Position numbers and translations under genes: made by a program
Shown here: positions 10,280 to 18,951 of the stretch, piece after piece
Layout: every line of letters begins with the position of its first letter
How positions within the stretch are numbered: the stretch's first letter is position 1
The notes under the pieces: model-generated
Seen by the model: only the letters and a program-made list of their open reading frames with translations
The model's database searches: none
What the model was told of the DNA's origin: nothing
DNA from: Patescibacteria group bacterium
GTDB lineage: Bacteria > Patescibacteriota > Minisyncoccia > Phycocordibacterales > PALSA-1337
Length of the DNA: 64,000 bases
Direction of reading: 5' to 3'
NCBI GenBank assembly: GCA_028865095.1
Contig: JAGWLA010000003.1
Location: forward strand, 23,243-87,242

Positions 10280-10308
10280 TTGACATTGATGTATTATTAT
10301 GTTAATAC
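10280..10308 (+). promoter_or_regulatory. Sigma-70-like promoter (TTGACA-N17-TAATAC) sharing an extended motif with the 7830 promoter
   Basis: ttgacattgatgtattattatgttaatac. Compare ttgacatttgttatgatattatgttataat at 7830. Confidence 0.45.
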
Positions 10309-10368
10309 ATAGCAGGGTATAAGGGAGCAGCACAACTAAAAACCAATAACAGAAAGAGAGAGCGCGAT

Positions 10369-10836
10369 ATGCCCGAGACGATACCGATACTATTGAAAGT
10401 GCACACCACCAACGTTGGCTTCGCTAAAGCCTTCAACTACATGTCCAATTCTTTGAAAGCTCAAGCATTCGAGACTGTATTCCGAGAGGCGGCCCTCAGC
10501 GAGGAAGATATCTGTGCGATATATCCGCACCTGCCGCGCGAGATATTGAATGCGCAACTGTCCCAATTCGCCGGCAGGAAGATCGGCATGTGGCTGGCGA
10601 GCGGGGAAGACGCGATAAGCAGCGCGGCTGTGATGAAGGGGGCGGATAACGATCCGGCCCGTTGCGCCCCATATTCCTGGCGCATGAAGCTGGCTGCGAT
10701 GCTCGGCTTCCGCACGACCATGTTGGCGGACAGCAAGGGAAAGCTGACGATCGTCACCTATGATAATTATGTCCATGCCCCGAAACGCGACGAAGTCGAA
10801 CGAGATATGGCGGTGCTCGGGAGATTCTTCCCGTAG
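10369..10836 (+). CDS. Hypothetical protein (155 aa)
   Basis: ORF with an RBS (agagagagcgcgat ATG) downstream of the 10280 promoter. No recognisable domain. Confidence 0.5.
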   Translation: MPETIPILLKVHTTNVGFAKAFNYMSNSLKAQAFETVFREAALSEEDICAIYPHLPREILNAQLSQFAGRKIGMWLASGEDAISSAAVMKGADNDPARCAPYSWRMKLAAMLGFRTTMLADSKGKLTIVTYDNYVHAPKRDEVERDMAVLGRFFP

Positions 10837-10942
10837 GCATGACCCCATCGTGAACGACGCGGAACGATATGCAGAGCAGCGAGGCCCATCCCTCGCTGTT
10901 TTTTTGTGGATTTATGCGCTTCGCCCTGCTATCATTCGTGCC

Positions 10943-11398
10943 ATGAAAGAGAACGCTCCGTGCGCGTATTGCAGCCTCCCCGCCGTCAAAGAGCGGATGA
11001 TCGCGGAGAACGCGCTGGCGTGGGCGTTCCCGACCAACATCCCCATCACGCCCGGCCATACGCTCATAGCCCCGAAGCGCTGCGCCAAGGCGCTCGGAGA
11101 GCTCACGGCGGACGAACGGCTGGCGATATTGGAGCTCGCCGAGAAGGCGATGGCGGCGTTGCGCTCTCTCTATGGAGCGGAAGGCTTCAATTGCGTCTGG
11201 AACCAGGAGAAGCTGGCGGGCCAATCCGTCCCTCATTTCCATCTGCATGTCATCGGCCGCAAAGAAGGCGATGCCGGCCTGCTCGGCTACGACCCGCGCA
11301 GCATGCTCTATCGGACCGGCGACAGGGAGCCGACGCCGGAGAGCGAGCTGCTCGCGGTGAGGGACGCCATGAAAAAAGCCTTGGCTGCGCACATCTGA
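10943..11398 (+). CDS. HIT-family (histidine triad) nucleotide hydrolase or transferase
   Basis: Histidine triad 'VPHFHLHVIGR' with upstream 'ITPGHTLIAPKR'. The start was set at MKENAPCAY inside the longer track ORF. Confidence 0.8.
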   Translation: MKENAPCAYCSLPAVKERMIAENALAWAFPTNIPITPGHTLIAPKRCAKALGELTADERLAILELAEKAMAALRSLYGAEGFNCVWNQEKLAGQSVPHFHLHVIGRKEGDAGLLGYDPRSMLYRTGDREPTPESELLAVRDAMKKALAAHI

Positions 11399-11401
11399 AT
11401 C

Positions 11402-11944
11402 ATGGCCAACGAGGTGGAGACAAAGGTGCTGGATATCGATGTCGATGACGTCATGCGGAAGCTGGCCGAGCTCGGGGCGGCGAAGACGGCGGAGAACAAG
11501 CTGACCGTCGACTGGTTCAGGCTGAAAGGCGTCGAAGAAGGCAAAGACCCATGGTTCTTGCGCATACGGTCCTATTCCGACGGCAGGCACGAAGCGACCT
11601 GGAAAGCCAAATCGAAGATCACCAAAGGCGTCCGCAGGCACAAGGAGATAAATCTCCTGCTCCAGGAGCCGGACAAGCTCGCCGACCTCTTCTGCGAGAT
11701 CGGCCTGGAGAGGTATGCGCATCAAGAGAAATTCAGGGCGTCATTCAAGCACAAAGGCTGGTCGTTCGACATCGACAGGTATCCGGGCATGCCGGCCTTC
11801 ATGGAGATAGAGGGGAACGACGAGGGGCATGTCTCGGAGGCGCTGGAGCTTCTCGGGCTCGGATCGAACAGGACATGGGCCGACGGCGAGAGGACGCTGA
11901 TCGAGAAGGTCTACGGGCTGGTGTGGAGCGACATGAGGTTCTAA
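11402..11944 (+). CDS. CYTH-domain protein (triphosphate tunnel metalloenzyme family)
   Basis: N-terminal 'EVETKVLDID' (ExExK-like) and a beta-rich 180-aa body typical of CYTH/class IV adenylate cyclase-like proteins. Confidence 0.6.
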   Translation: MANEVETKVLDIDVDDVMRKLAELGAAKTAENKLTVDWFRLKGVEEGKDPWFLRIRSYSDGRHEATWKAKSKITKGVRRHKEINLLLQEPDKLADLFCEIGLERYAHQEKFRASFKHKGWSFDIDRYPGMPAFMEIEGNDEGHVSEALELLGLGSNRTWADGERTLIEKVYGLVWSDMRF

Positions 11945-11976
11945 GGCGGCTTTCCGAATGATGCTATAATCTCCCT

Positions 11977-12648
11977 ATGCGCTTCAAGATAGACATACCG
12001 CTCGATTTCCGGCAGGCGAGGGTCGGCCGGATCATCAAATATCTCATATTGGCCGACCTCTTCTTCTGGGGAGGCTGGGGGCTGATCAACCCGATCTTCG
12101 CCCTGTTCGTGGTCGGCCGCATCCCGGGGGCGACGGCGTTCACCGTCGGCGCCGCTCTGGCCGTCTATTGGCTGGTCAAGGCCGTCTGGCAGATACCGGT
12201 GGCCATATTCCTGGACAAGCATGAAGGGGAGCGGGACGACTTCAACGCCCTCATCGTGGGGCTGACCATCGCGGGCTTCGTGGCCCTGGTCTTCCCGCTG
12301 GTGAACAACGCCTTCTGGCTGTTCGTGGCGGTGATCATCCAGGCCCTGGCGTACGGGCTCTACACGCCGTCGTGGTCGGCCATATTCTCGAGGCACCTGG
12401 ACAAGGACCACTATGCGTTCGACTGGTCGCTCGATTCGACCACCATCGGGGTGGCGTCGGGCATCGCGGCATTCATCGGCGGGGCCGTCGCCGGCTGGCT
12501 CGGCTATGACGCGGTCTTCATCTTGACGGGCTTGGCGTCGCTGGCGAGCGCGGTCCTGCTCTTCTCGGCGCCGCATCTGGTCCTGCCCAAGACGGTCACG
12601 CCCGGGCCGATCATCCCCGAGCATGCGCCGGGGGAAGCGAAGAGCTGA
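11977..12648 (+). CDS. Hypothetical 6-TM membrane protein (half-size MFS-like)
   Basis: Six hydrophobic helices with host-like codon usage. Confidence 0.5.
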   Translation: MRFKIDIPLDFRQARVGRIIKYLILADLFFWGGWGLINPIFALFVVGRIPGATAFTVGAALAVYWLVKAVWQIPVAIFLDKHEGERDDFNALIVGLTIAGFVALVFPLVNNAFWLFVAVIIQALAYGLYTPSWSAIFSRHLDKDHYAFDWSLDSTTIGVASGIAAFIGGAVAGWLGYDAVFILTGLASLASAVLLFSAPHLVLPKTVTPGPIIPEHAPGEAKS

Positions 12649-12661
12649 CGCGGAGCGCCGC

Positions 12662-15600
12662 CTACAGCTTCTTCATCCGCTCGACCACGAAGCCTTTCTC
12701 GCCGTTGCGCTCGTTCACCGTCGCTTTGAAGGCGAAGCAGGCGTCGGGGACGAGCTGCTCGCGGTATTCCCGGTAGGTGCGAGGGAAGACGACGGCGTCG
12801 GCGGACCCGGAGAAGTCGGCGACCGTAAGGAAGGCCATGGTCTCGTTATTCTTGGTCTGGACGGTGCGGAGCTCGTTCACGATGCCGGCGAATATGGCCG
12901 AGGCGCCCTCCTTCATGGCCAGGGCTTTTTTGATGTCCGTGTCGCGCTTGGCGATGAGGTCGCGGTAGCGGTCGAGGGGATGGCCGGAGAGATAGAGGCC
13001 GAGGAGCTCTTTCTCCCAGCGGAGCTTCTCCATGAGCTCCGCGACGGGGGCGGCGTTCAGGCGGAGGGTCGGCACCGTCGTATGGTCGTCCATCAGGCCG
13101 AACAGCGAGTCCTGGTCGCCGTGAAGGCTCTGCTGCTCCTTGTTATAGCCGAGCAGGAGGTCGATGTTGGCGAGCAGGACGCCGCGGTCCTCGCCGAAGC
13201 AGTCGAGGGCTCCGGCCATGATGAGCGACTCGAGCGACTTCTTGTTGAGGTTGCGGTCCTTGATGCGGCCGAGGAAATCGGCGAGCGACGAGAAGCGGCC
13301 GCCCCGCTTGCGCTCCTCGATGATGGCGGTGGATATGCCTTGGCCGAAGTTCTTGATGGTGACGAGCCCGAAGCGGATGGTGTGGTAGCGGGGAGGGGAG
13401 CCAGGAAGCGCCTCCTGGCTCCCCGAAGCTGACGACGGGAGAGGGCGCGGAAGCTCCTCCTCGGCAACCGGCGTCGCGCCCTGCTGGGCGCGCGCCTGCT
13501 TCTCGGCCTCTCCGGCCTCCGAAAGCTTGCCGCGGAGGACTTCCGCGCCCCCTCCTTTCTCCTTGCTCCTTTCTCCTTGCTCCCTTCTCCCTTCTCCTTC
13601 CTCCTCTCTCTTCACCACCGTGAACTGCGAGAAGCTCTCGTTCACGTCCGGCGGCAGGACGGGGATGCCGAGGCGCTTGCATTCCGCGATCGTCTCCGCC
13701 ACTTTCTCGGTGTCGCCCTGCTCCGACGTCAGCACCGCGGACAGATAGATCTCGGGGAAGTGGGCCTTGAGGTACGCGGTTATATAGGCCACGCGCCCGT
13801 ATGACACCGAGTGGGCCTTGTTGAAGCCGTAGGCGGCGAACGGCTCGATCCATTTCCAGATCTCCTTGGCCTTCTTCTCCGACCATTTGCTGTGGCTCAC
13901 GCAGCCTTTGATGAACTTCTCCTTCTGCTGGGCCATCTCTTCGGGGATCTTCTTGCCGACGGCCTTGCGGAACTTGTCGACTTCGAGCCAGCTGTAGCCG
14001 GCGAGCTCGTGGGCCATCATCAGGAGGTCGTCCTGATAGACGAGGATGCCGTAGGTCTTGCCGAGGATCTTCTCGAGGGCGGGGTCGAGGTAGGTGATGA
14101 GCGAGGGGTCGTTCTTGCGGGCGATATAGTCGGGGATGAACTGCATCGGGCCCGGGCGATAGAGGGCCACCATGGCGTTGATGTCGTGGATGGTCGAGGG
14201 CTTGAGCTCTTTCAGGAAGCGGGTCATGCCGTCGCCGTTCAGCTGGAAGAGGTCGGCGGTGTCGCCGCGGGCGAGCATGGCGAACGTCTCGGCGTCGTCG
14301 ATCGGCAGGGCGTCGAGGTCGATCTCGGCGCCCTCGATCTTCTTGATGCGGCTGACGGCGTCGGCGATGATGGTCAGGTTCTTCAAGCCCAGGAAGTCGA
14401 ACTTGAGCAGGCCGGCGCCGTTCTCGTCGATCGAGTACATGTCGTACTGGGTGATGACCTTGCCCTCGCCTTTGGGGTCGTACTGGAGCGGGGTGTAGTC
14501 GGTGAGGGCGGTCGGAGCGATGACTACGCCGGCGGCATGGACGCCGATATGGCGGGCGCAGCCTTCGATCTTCTTTGCCATGTCCATGATGCGGCGGACG
14601 TCGGGCTCGGCGTCATAGGCCGTCTTCAATTCGGGGACCGTCTCGAGGGCGTGGTCGATGGTCATGGGGAAGCCTTGCGAGCCCATGGGGATCATCTTGG
14701 CGATGCGGTCGCCGGTCTCCACCGGGAAGCCGAGGGCGCGGGTGACGTCGCGCACGGAGCCGCGGGCCATCATGGTGCCGAACGTCCCGATCTGGGCGAC
14801 CCTGTCGGCGCCGTATTTCCGGCGCACATAGTCGATCATCTCGTCGCGGCGGTCGTCGGCGTAGTCCATGTCGATATCGGGCGCCGACGGGCGGTCGGGG
14901 TTGAGGAAGCGCTCGAAGGGGATCTCGAACGCCAGCGGGTCGATCTGGGTGATGCCGGAGAGATAGGTGACCATGGAGCCGGAGACGGAGCCCCTGATGT
15001 TGGAGAGGATGCCGCACTCGCGGGCGTAGCGCAGGAGGTCGGCCACGACCAGGAAGTAAGGGGCGTAGCCCTTGTCGCGGATGACTTTGAGCTCGTATTC
15101 GGCGCGCGACACGGCCTCGGGCGTCTTCTCGACGCCGCGTCGGGCGAAGCCCTCGAAGACCAGCCGGTGGAGCTCGTCGTCGGCGGAAAGGCCGCTCTCG
15201 ACCTTGAAATCGGGGAAGAACCAGGTGCCGAGCTTGAGGTCGAGGGCGCAGGCATCGGCGATCCTCGCCGCGTTCTCGAGCGCTTCGGGCATGTCCCTGA
15301 AGAGCTCTTCGGCGCGCTCGCCGGAGATGAACGAGAAGTCGTCCTCGTCGCTGTCGGAGACGCGGTCGGAAGCGTCGGTATGCGAATTGACCCGGACCAA
15401 GGTCTCGCGCGCTTGGCGGTCCTCCGGATGGAGATAGTAGACGTCATGAGCGGCCGCCAGCGGGATGCCTTGGGCGCGGCCGAAGTCGGCGAGGGCTCTC
15501 ATGCTCTGCTCATGCCCGTCGATCTCGGGGTGGCGTGTGATCTCTATGAAGAGGCGGTTCGCCAGAGGGGCAGGAAGTCCTTCGAGACGGGCTTTCGGAC

Positions 15601-16186
15601 CGAGCGAAGGCGAGGGAGAAGCAGGCGCCGGGCCAGCAGGCCCGGACGCCGGCCGGCGAGAGGGAGCTTCCTGCCCCTCTGGCGAGAACACCTTCTTGTA
15701 GAAATCTGCGACCTCCTTCGCCTTGTCCTGATTCCTGCCGCGGAGCGACTGGGCGATCTCGCCGCCGAACGAGGGCATGACGCAGATCAGGCCTTCGTTG
15801 TGGAGCTCGAGCAGCTCGCGGTCGATGCGCGGCTTGTAGTAGAAGCCTTCGAGGTGCGATTTCGTCACGAGCTGGATGAGGTTCTTATAGCCTCTCTCGT
15901 CCATGGCCAAGAGGACCAGGCGCGACCGGCGGTTGTCGATGCCCGGCTGCATGTCCGTCCTGCTCCGGGCGGCCACATAGAAATCGACGCCGATGATGGG
16001 CTTGATCCCCGCTTTCTGGCAGGCCTTATAGAACTCGATGGCGCCGTAGAGGTTGCCGTTGTCGGTCAAGGCGAGGGCGGGCATGCCCAGCTTCTTGGCT
16101 TCGCCGACCAGCTCGTCGATCTTGGGCAGGGCGTTCAGCAGGGAATAGTGCGAATGGGTATGGAGATGGACGAAACGGGAAGCCAT
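12662..16186 (-). CDS. dnaE: DNA polymerase III alpha subunit, carrying two Pro/Ala/Gly/Glu-rich low-complexity inserts
   Basis: PHP domain 'VHLHTHSHYSLL', polymerase core 'FDFLGLKNLT' and 'PDIDMDY' are present. 1174 aa. Inserts: 'PSRRPASGPAGPAPASPSPSLGPKARLEG' in PHP, and about 70 aa 'EEEGEGRREQGERSKEKGGG...SQEALPGSPPRY' near the C-terminal third. Confidence 0.9.
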   Translation of the reverse strand: MASRFVHLHTHSHYSLLNALPKIDELVGEAKKLGMPALALTDNGNLYGAIEFYKACQKAGIKPIIGVDFYVAARSRTDMQPGIDNRRSRLVLLAMDERGYKNLIQLVTKSHLEGFYYKPRIDRELLELHNEGLICVMPSFGGEIAQSLRGRNQDKAKEVADFYKKVFSPEGQEAPSRRPASGPAGPAPASPSPSLGPKARLEGLPAPLANRLFIEITRHPEIDGHEQSMRALADFGRAQGIPLAAAHDVYYLHPEDRQARETLVRVNSHTDASDRVSDSDEDDFSFISGERAEELFRDMPEALENAARIADACALDLKLGTWFFPDFKVESGLSADDELHRLVFEGFARRGVEKTPEAVSRAEYELKVIRDKGYAPYFLVVADLLRYARECGILSNIRGSVSGSMVTYLSGITQIDPLAFEIPFERFLNPDRPSAPDIDMDYADDRRDEMIDYVRRKYGADRVAQIGTFGTMMARGSVRDVTRALGFPVETGDRIAKMIPMGSQGFPMTIDHALETVPELKTAYDAEPDVRRIMDMAKKIEGCARHIGVHAAGVVIAPTALTDYTPLQYDPKGEGKVITQYDMYSIDENGAGLLKFDFLGLKNLTIIADAVSRIKKIEGAEIDLDALPIDDAETFAMLARGDTADLFQLNGDGMTRFLKELKPSTIHDINAMVALYRPGPMQFIPDYIARKNDPSLITYLDPALEKILGKTYGILVYQDDLLMMAHELAGYSWLEVDKFRKAVGKKIPEEMAQQKEKFIKGCVSHSKWSEKKAKEIWKWIEPFAAYGFNKAHSVSYGRVAYITAYLKAHFPEIYLSAVLTSEQGDTEKVAETIAECKRLGIPVLPPDVNESFSQFTVVKREEEGEGRREQGERSKEKGGGAEVLRGKLSEAGEAEKQARAQQGATPVAEEELPRPLPSSASGSQEALPGSPPRYHTIRFGLVTIKNFGQGISTAIIEERKRGGRFSSLADFLGRIKDRNLNKKSLESLIMAGALDCFGEDRGVLLANIDLLLGYNKEQQSLHGDQDSLFGLMDDHTTVPTLRLNAAPVAELMEKLRWEKELLGLYLSGHPLDRYRDLIAKRDTDIKKALAMKEGASAIFAGIVNELRTVQTKNNETMAFLTVADFSGSADAVVFPRTYREYREQLVPDACFAFKATVNERNGEKGFVVERMKKL

Positions 16187-16316
16187 GAAGGTCTAGCCAG
16201 TATAGCAGAACGGCCCGCCCGCCACGGCTTGACACCAAGGCTTATTGTGTTAAAAATGACCATAAATACGGCAAATTGCCAATGAAAACGTAACGAAGAT
16301 AACGAGAAGGAATGAT

Positions 16317-16826
16317 ATGACTGACGCCACAAAGCCGCACCTTGCGGATCTGGGCACGGCTCAAGCGGTCGGCACCGCCCGTGTCAACTATCTGAATGCC
16401 GTCGCCGCATGCCTCGCTTCCGCGTCGCGGAACGGCACTGGGCGCGCATCGAACAAAGCTGTGAAGGACGCCCGCGCGTGCGCGCGCGAGCTCGATATCA
16501 AGACCGGAGACTGCCTCGAAGCGAGCCTCGATGACGATCTGGGGCGGCTCATCGGACGGGATAAGCGCATGTGGGCCGAGCTGCTCTGCAGCGCCCATGA
16601 AGCGTCGCCGGCCTGCTACGACGCTCTTCTCGCGCTCTCGCCGTTCTGCGTGGACGGCCAAGCGGCCGTCATCGCATGCGAGAAAGGCGCTGCGGGCGGC
16701 ATGGTCCTGCGCATCGTCGGCGGGAGCTTCAAAGAAAGCCTTGAGAAAGCCCTGCGCGAGCTCCCGAAGACGGAGCGCCACTTCGTCGTCATCAAGATGG
16801 ATATGCCGCCGATCGCTTTCAAATGA
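16317..16826 (+). CDS. Hypothetical Cys-containing protein (169 aa)
   Basis: High-GC3, host-like codon usage with an RBS gagaaggaatgat ATG. The overlapping 320-aa minus-strand ORF (16242-17204) was judged an antisense artefact. Confidence 0.5.
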   Translation: MTDATKPHLADLGTAQAVGTARVNYLNAVAACLASASRNGTGRASNKAVKDARACARELDIKTGDCLEASLDDDLGRLIGRDKRMWAELLCSAHEASPACYDALLALSPFCVDGQAAVIACEKGAAGGMVLRIVGGSFKESLEKALRELPKTERHFVVIKMDMPPIAFK

Positions 16827-16852
16827 CGGGCCGGCTCGCCATTTTGCTTCGT

Positions 16853-16883
16853 CCCCTCCCATGCTCAGCGGAGGGGATTTTTT
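16853..16883 (+). terminator. Rho-independent terminator
   Basis: cccctcc-catgctcagc-ggagggg followed by atttttt. Confidence 0.7.
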
Positions 16884-16908
16884 ATGCCCGGCGGCATATA
16901 ATGGCTCC

Positions 16909-17550
16909 ATGAAGAGGCGCGCGCCCGCGAAGAAGAGGGGCTTGATGATCGGCATCGATGAGGCCGGGAGAGGGCCATTGGCCGGCCCGGTGGCCGTCGG
17001 CGCGTTCGCGGCGAGGGCGCCCGCGGCTTTGCGCAGATTCCGCGGCGTCAAGGATTCCAAGCAGCTCTCGGAGCGGCAGCGGGAGGCCTGGTTCTCGGCG
17101 ATAGAGGATTCGTCCCGGAAAGGGGAATCGGCCTTCGAGGTATCGTTCAGCGGCGCCGCCGTCATCGACGCCCGGGGCATCGTGCGCGCCGTCCGCGCGG
17201 CCATGGACCGCTGCCTGCGCCGGCTGGAGAGAAGAGGGTTCGCCGCCCCGTCGGCCTGCGCGGTCCTTCTCGACGGCTCCCTCTATGCGCCCGCCCGATA
17301 TCCGGACCAGACGACCATCATCGACGGCGACGCCACGGAGCCGATCATCGCCCTCGCCTCCATCTGCGCCAAAGTCCTGCGCGACCGCAAGATGAAGCGG
17401 CTGGCCGAGAAGCGCCCGGGCTACGGCTTCGAGGTGCACAAAGGCTATGGGACGAAGGCCCACTATGAAGCCCTTCGGAAGCGCGGCCCGACGCCGGAGC
17501 ATCGGCGGAGCTTTTTGAAAGGCCTTGGCGCTGGCGCAAAGAAGATGTGA
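16909..17550 (+). CDS. rnhB: Ribonuclease HII
   Basis: 'IGIDEAGRGPLAGPVAVGAF' catalytic N-terminus, 'LLDGS', and an 'FEVHKGYGTKAH' C-terminal region. Confidence 0.85.
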   Translation: MKRRAPAKKRGLMIGIDEAGRGPLAGPVAVGAFAARAPAALRRFRGVKDSKQLSERQREAWFSAIEDSSRKGESAFEVSFSGAAVIDARGIVRAVRAAMDRCLRRLERRGFAAPSACAVLLDGSLYAPARYPDQTTIIDGDATEPIIALASICAKVLRDRKMKRLAEKRPGYGFEVHKGYGTKAHYEALRKRGPTPEHRRSFLKGLGAGAKKM

Positions 17551-17633
17551 CGTGTGCCCGGGGTGAGGGTCGAACTCACACTTCCGAATGAACGGAAACG
17601 AGATTTTAAGTCTCGCGCGTATAGCCAGTTTCG
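17545..17633 (-). tRNA. tRNA-Leu (anticodon UAA), long variable arm
   Basis: Acceptor GCCCGGG/CCCGGGC, anticodon stem CGAGA/TCTCG with loop CTTAAAA, variable-arm hairpin TTCCG-TTCAT-CGGAA, T-arm GTGAG-TTCGACC-CTCAC. 89 nt, intron-free. Confidence 0.85.
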
Positions 17634-17687
17634 CCACCCGGGCGGTCGAAGGTGCTCTTTGCCGCCATTCTAGCAGAGTGCGGGGAA

Positions 17688-17721
17688 TAAAAAAGAGACC
17701 GGAGCTTGCAAGCTTCGCGGT
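17688..17721 (-). terminator. Rho-independent terminator downstream of the deoxyhypusine-synthase-like gene
   Basis: Minus strand reads gaccgcgaagcttgcaagctccggtc hairpin followed by tcttttttatt. Confidence 0.5.
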
Positions 17722-17750
17722 CCCGTCGTTTGGTCGGCAGACACTCGTCC

Positions 17751-18872
17751 TTATTTGCCCAGCACGAGCGCCGCGATGTTCGGGAAGATCACGGTGTAAT
17801 CGCCGAATATCTGGACGCCGAAGGCGTCGGTGTCGAGCTTCTCCCAGGTGATCTTCTCCTTGAATCCGGCGCCGGAATATGAGCCCGCGCTCATAGGCGA
17901 CAGATAGATCTCGATGAAGCCCGCCCACGAGCGGATCATCCTCTCCTGGTCTTCCAGCGTCTGCGCATACAGGAAGTCTTTCTTGAGATGCGGCACGACG
18001 CAGATCGGGAAGTCGGCGGCGATGCCTCCTCCGAGCTGGAGGAAGGCGAGCCCTTTCGGGGTCGCATTATCAATATACCATTCGGCAAGGCGGTGCATGT
18101 AACGGAAGGAATGATGCACGATGTCGGGATCTATGGGGACGTCCAGCTTGTACAGCGACAGGAACGGATGGTTGTTATCGTAACAAGCCTGGGCGAATAT
18201 ATTCCCCATGGTGGAATCCTCGACCCCGCCGACGAATACCGCGACCTTGTGCTTCCATGCCTGGTAGAGCCAGCAGTCTTCCGGATCGGCTGTCGGGTCG
18301 AATCCGATCATGTCGCGCTCGAAGAGCTGGAAGAAGTATTCATGCCAGAGCAGCGGTTTGCCTCTGGCTTCGGCTTCTCGCCAGAGCTTCTCAAGCTTCG
18401 GCAATATGATCCTGACCGATTCATCTTCTGGCAGGAATGTGTCAGTGATGCGCCGAAGGCCGGCATTCCCGAGCTCCTTCTCTTCCTGGCGCGTCAGCTC
18501 CTCGTATGCCGGGATATATGCGTAGTGCTGGTTGGCGACGAGCCGATAGAGGCTCTCCTCGAGATTCGCCCCGGTCACCGATATGGCGGCGATCTTTCCC
18601 GCCCGGATCATCTCGCTGATGACGATCCCTTGCTGGAAGGACGACCCTGCGCCGGACATGGAGAGGAATATCTTCCCTCCGCCGTCGCAGTGCGCTTTGA
18701 GCCAAAGGCCCGCATCTACGGTCCGGCCGCCGTTGCAATGGCGCATCGTATCGACGAGCCAGTTTGATACCGGCGTCTCGGGTGTAGGCGTATATCGCCG
18801 CTCTCCCGTCGTTATCTTGGTGCGAAGCCCGGGGCTCAAGCCCGCGAGCTTATCGTGAGTGGTTTCGCTCAT
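17751..18872 (-). CDS. Deoxyhypusine synthase-like protein (DHS/homospermidine synthase family)
   Basis: A 373-aa ORF aligns along its length to the DHS family (NAD-binding 'MSGAGSSFQQGIV', 'GGVEDSTMGN', 'LGGGIAADF'). Confidence 0.75.
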   Translation of the reverse strand: MSETTHDKLAGLSPGLRTKITTGERRYTPTPETPVSNWLVDTMRHCNGGRTVDAGLWLKAHCDGGGKIFLSMSGAGSSFQQGIVISEMIRAGKIAAISVTGANLEESLYRLVANQHYAYIPAYEELTRQEEKELGNAGLRRITDTFLPEDESVRIILPKLEKLWREAEARGKPLLWHEYFFQLFERDMIGFDPTADPEDCWLYQAWKHKVAVFVGGVEDSTMGNIFAQACYDNNHPFLSLYKLDVPIDPDIVHHSFRYMHRLAEWYIDNATPKGLAFLQLGGGIAADFPICVVPHLKKDFLYAQTLEDQERMIRSWAGFIEIYLSPMSAGSYSGAGFKEKITWEKLDTDAFGVQIFGDYTVIFPNIAALVLGK

Positions 18873-18951
18873 TTTTCAATCTCCTGGTGATGTGGACAGA
18901 CGTGATTGCCTCTCCGCTGGTTATACTAGTACAGAATCGTGAAATGTAAAG

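Noticed and set aside
13811-16285. 824-aa plus-strand ORF, and other long plus ORFs (12623-13432, 13143-13886 minus-frame variants) inside dnaE
   Set aside because: It is antisense or out of frame relative to the unmistakable 1174-aa DnaE. The protein is Gly/Ala/Val/Asp-rich low-complexity with no motifs.
16242-17204. 320-aa minus ORF overlapping the 16317 hypothetical gene and rnhB
   Set aside because: It overlaps RNase HII (strong homology) on the opposite strand. The plus-strand 169-aa ORF has an RBS and a downstream terminator, and so is preferred.
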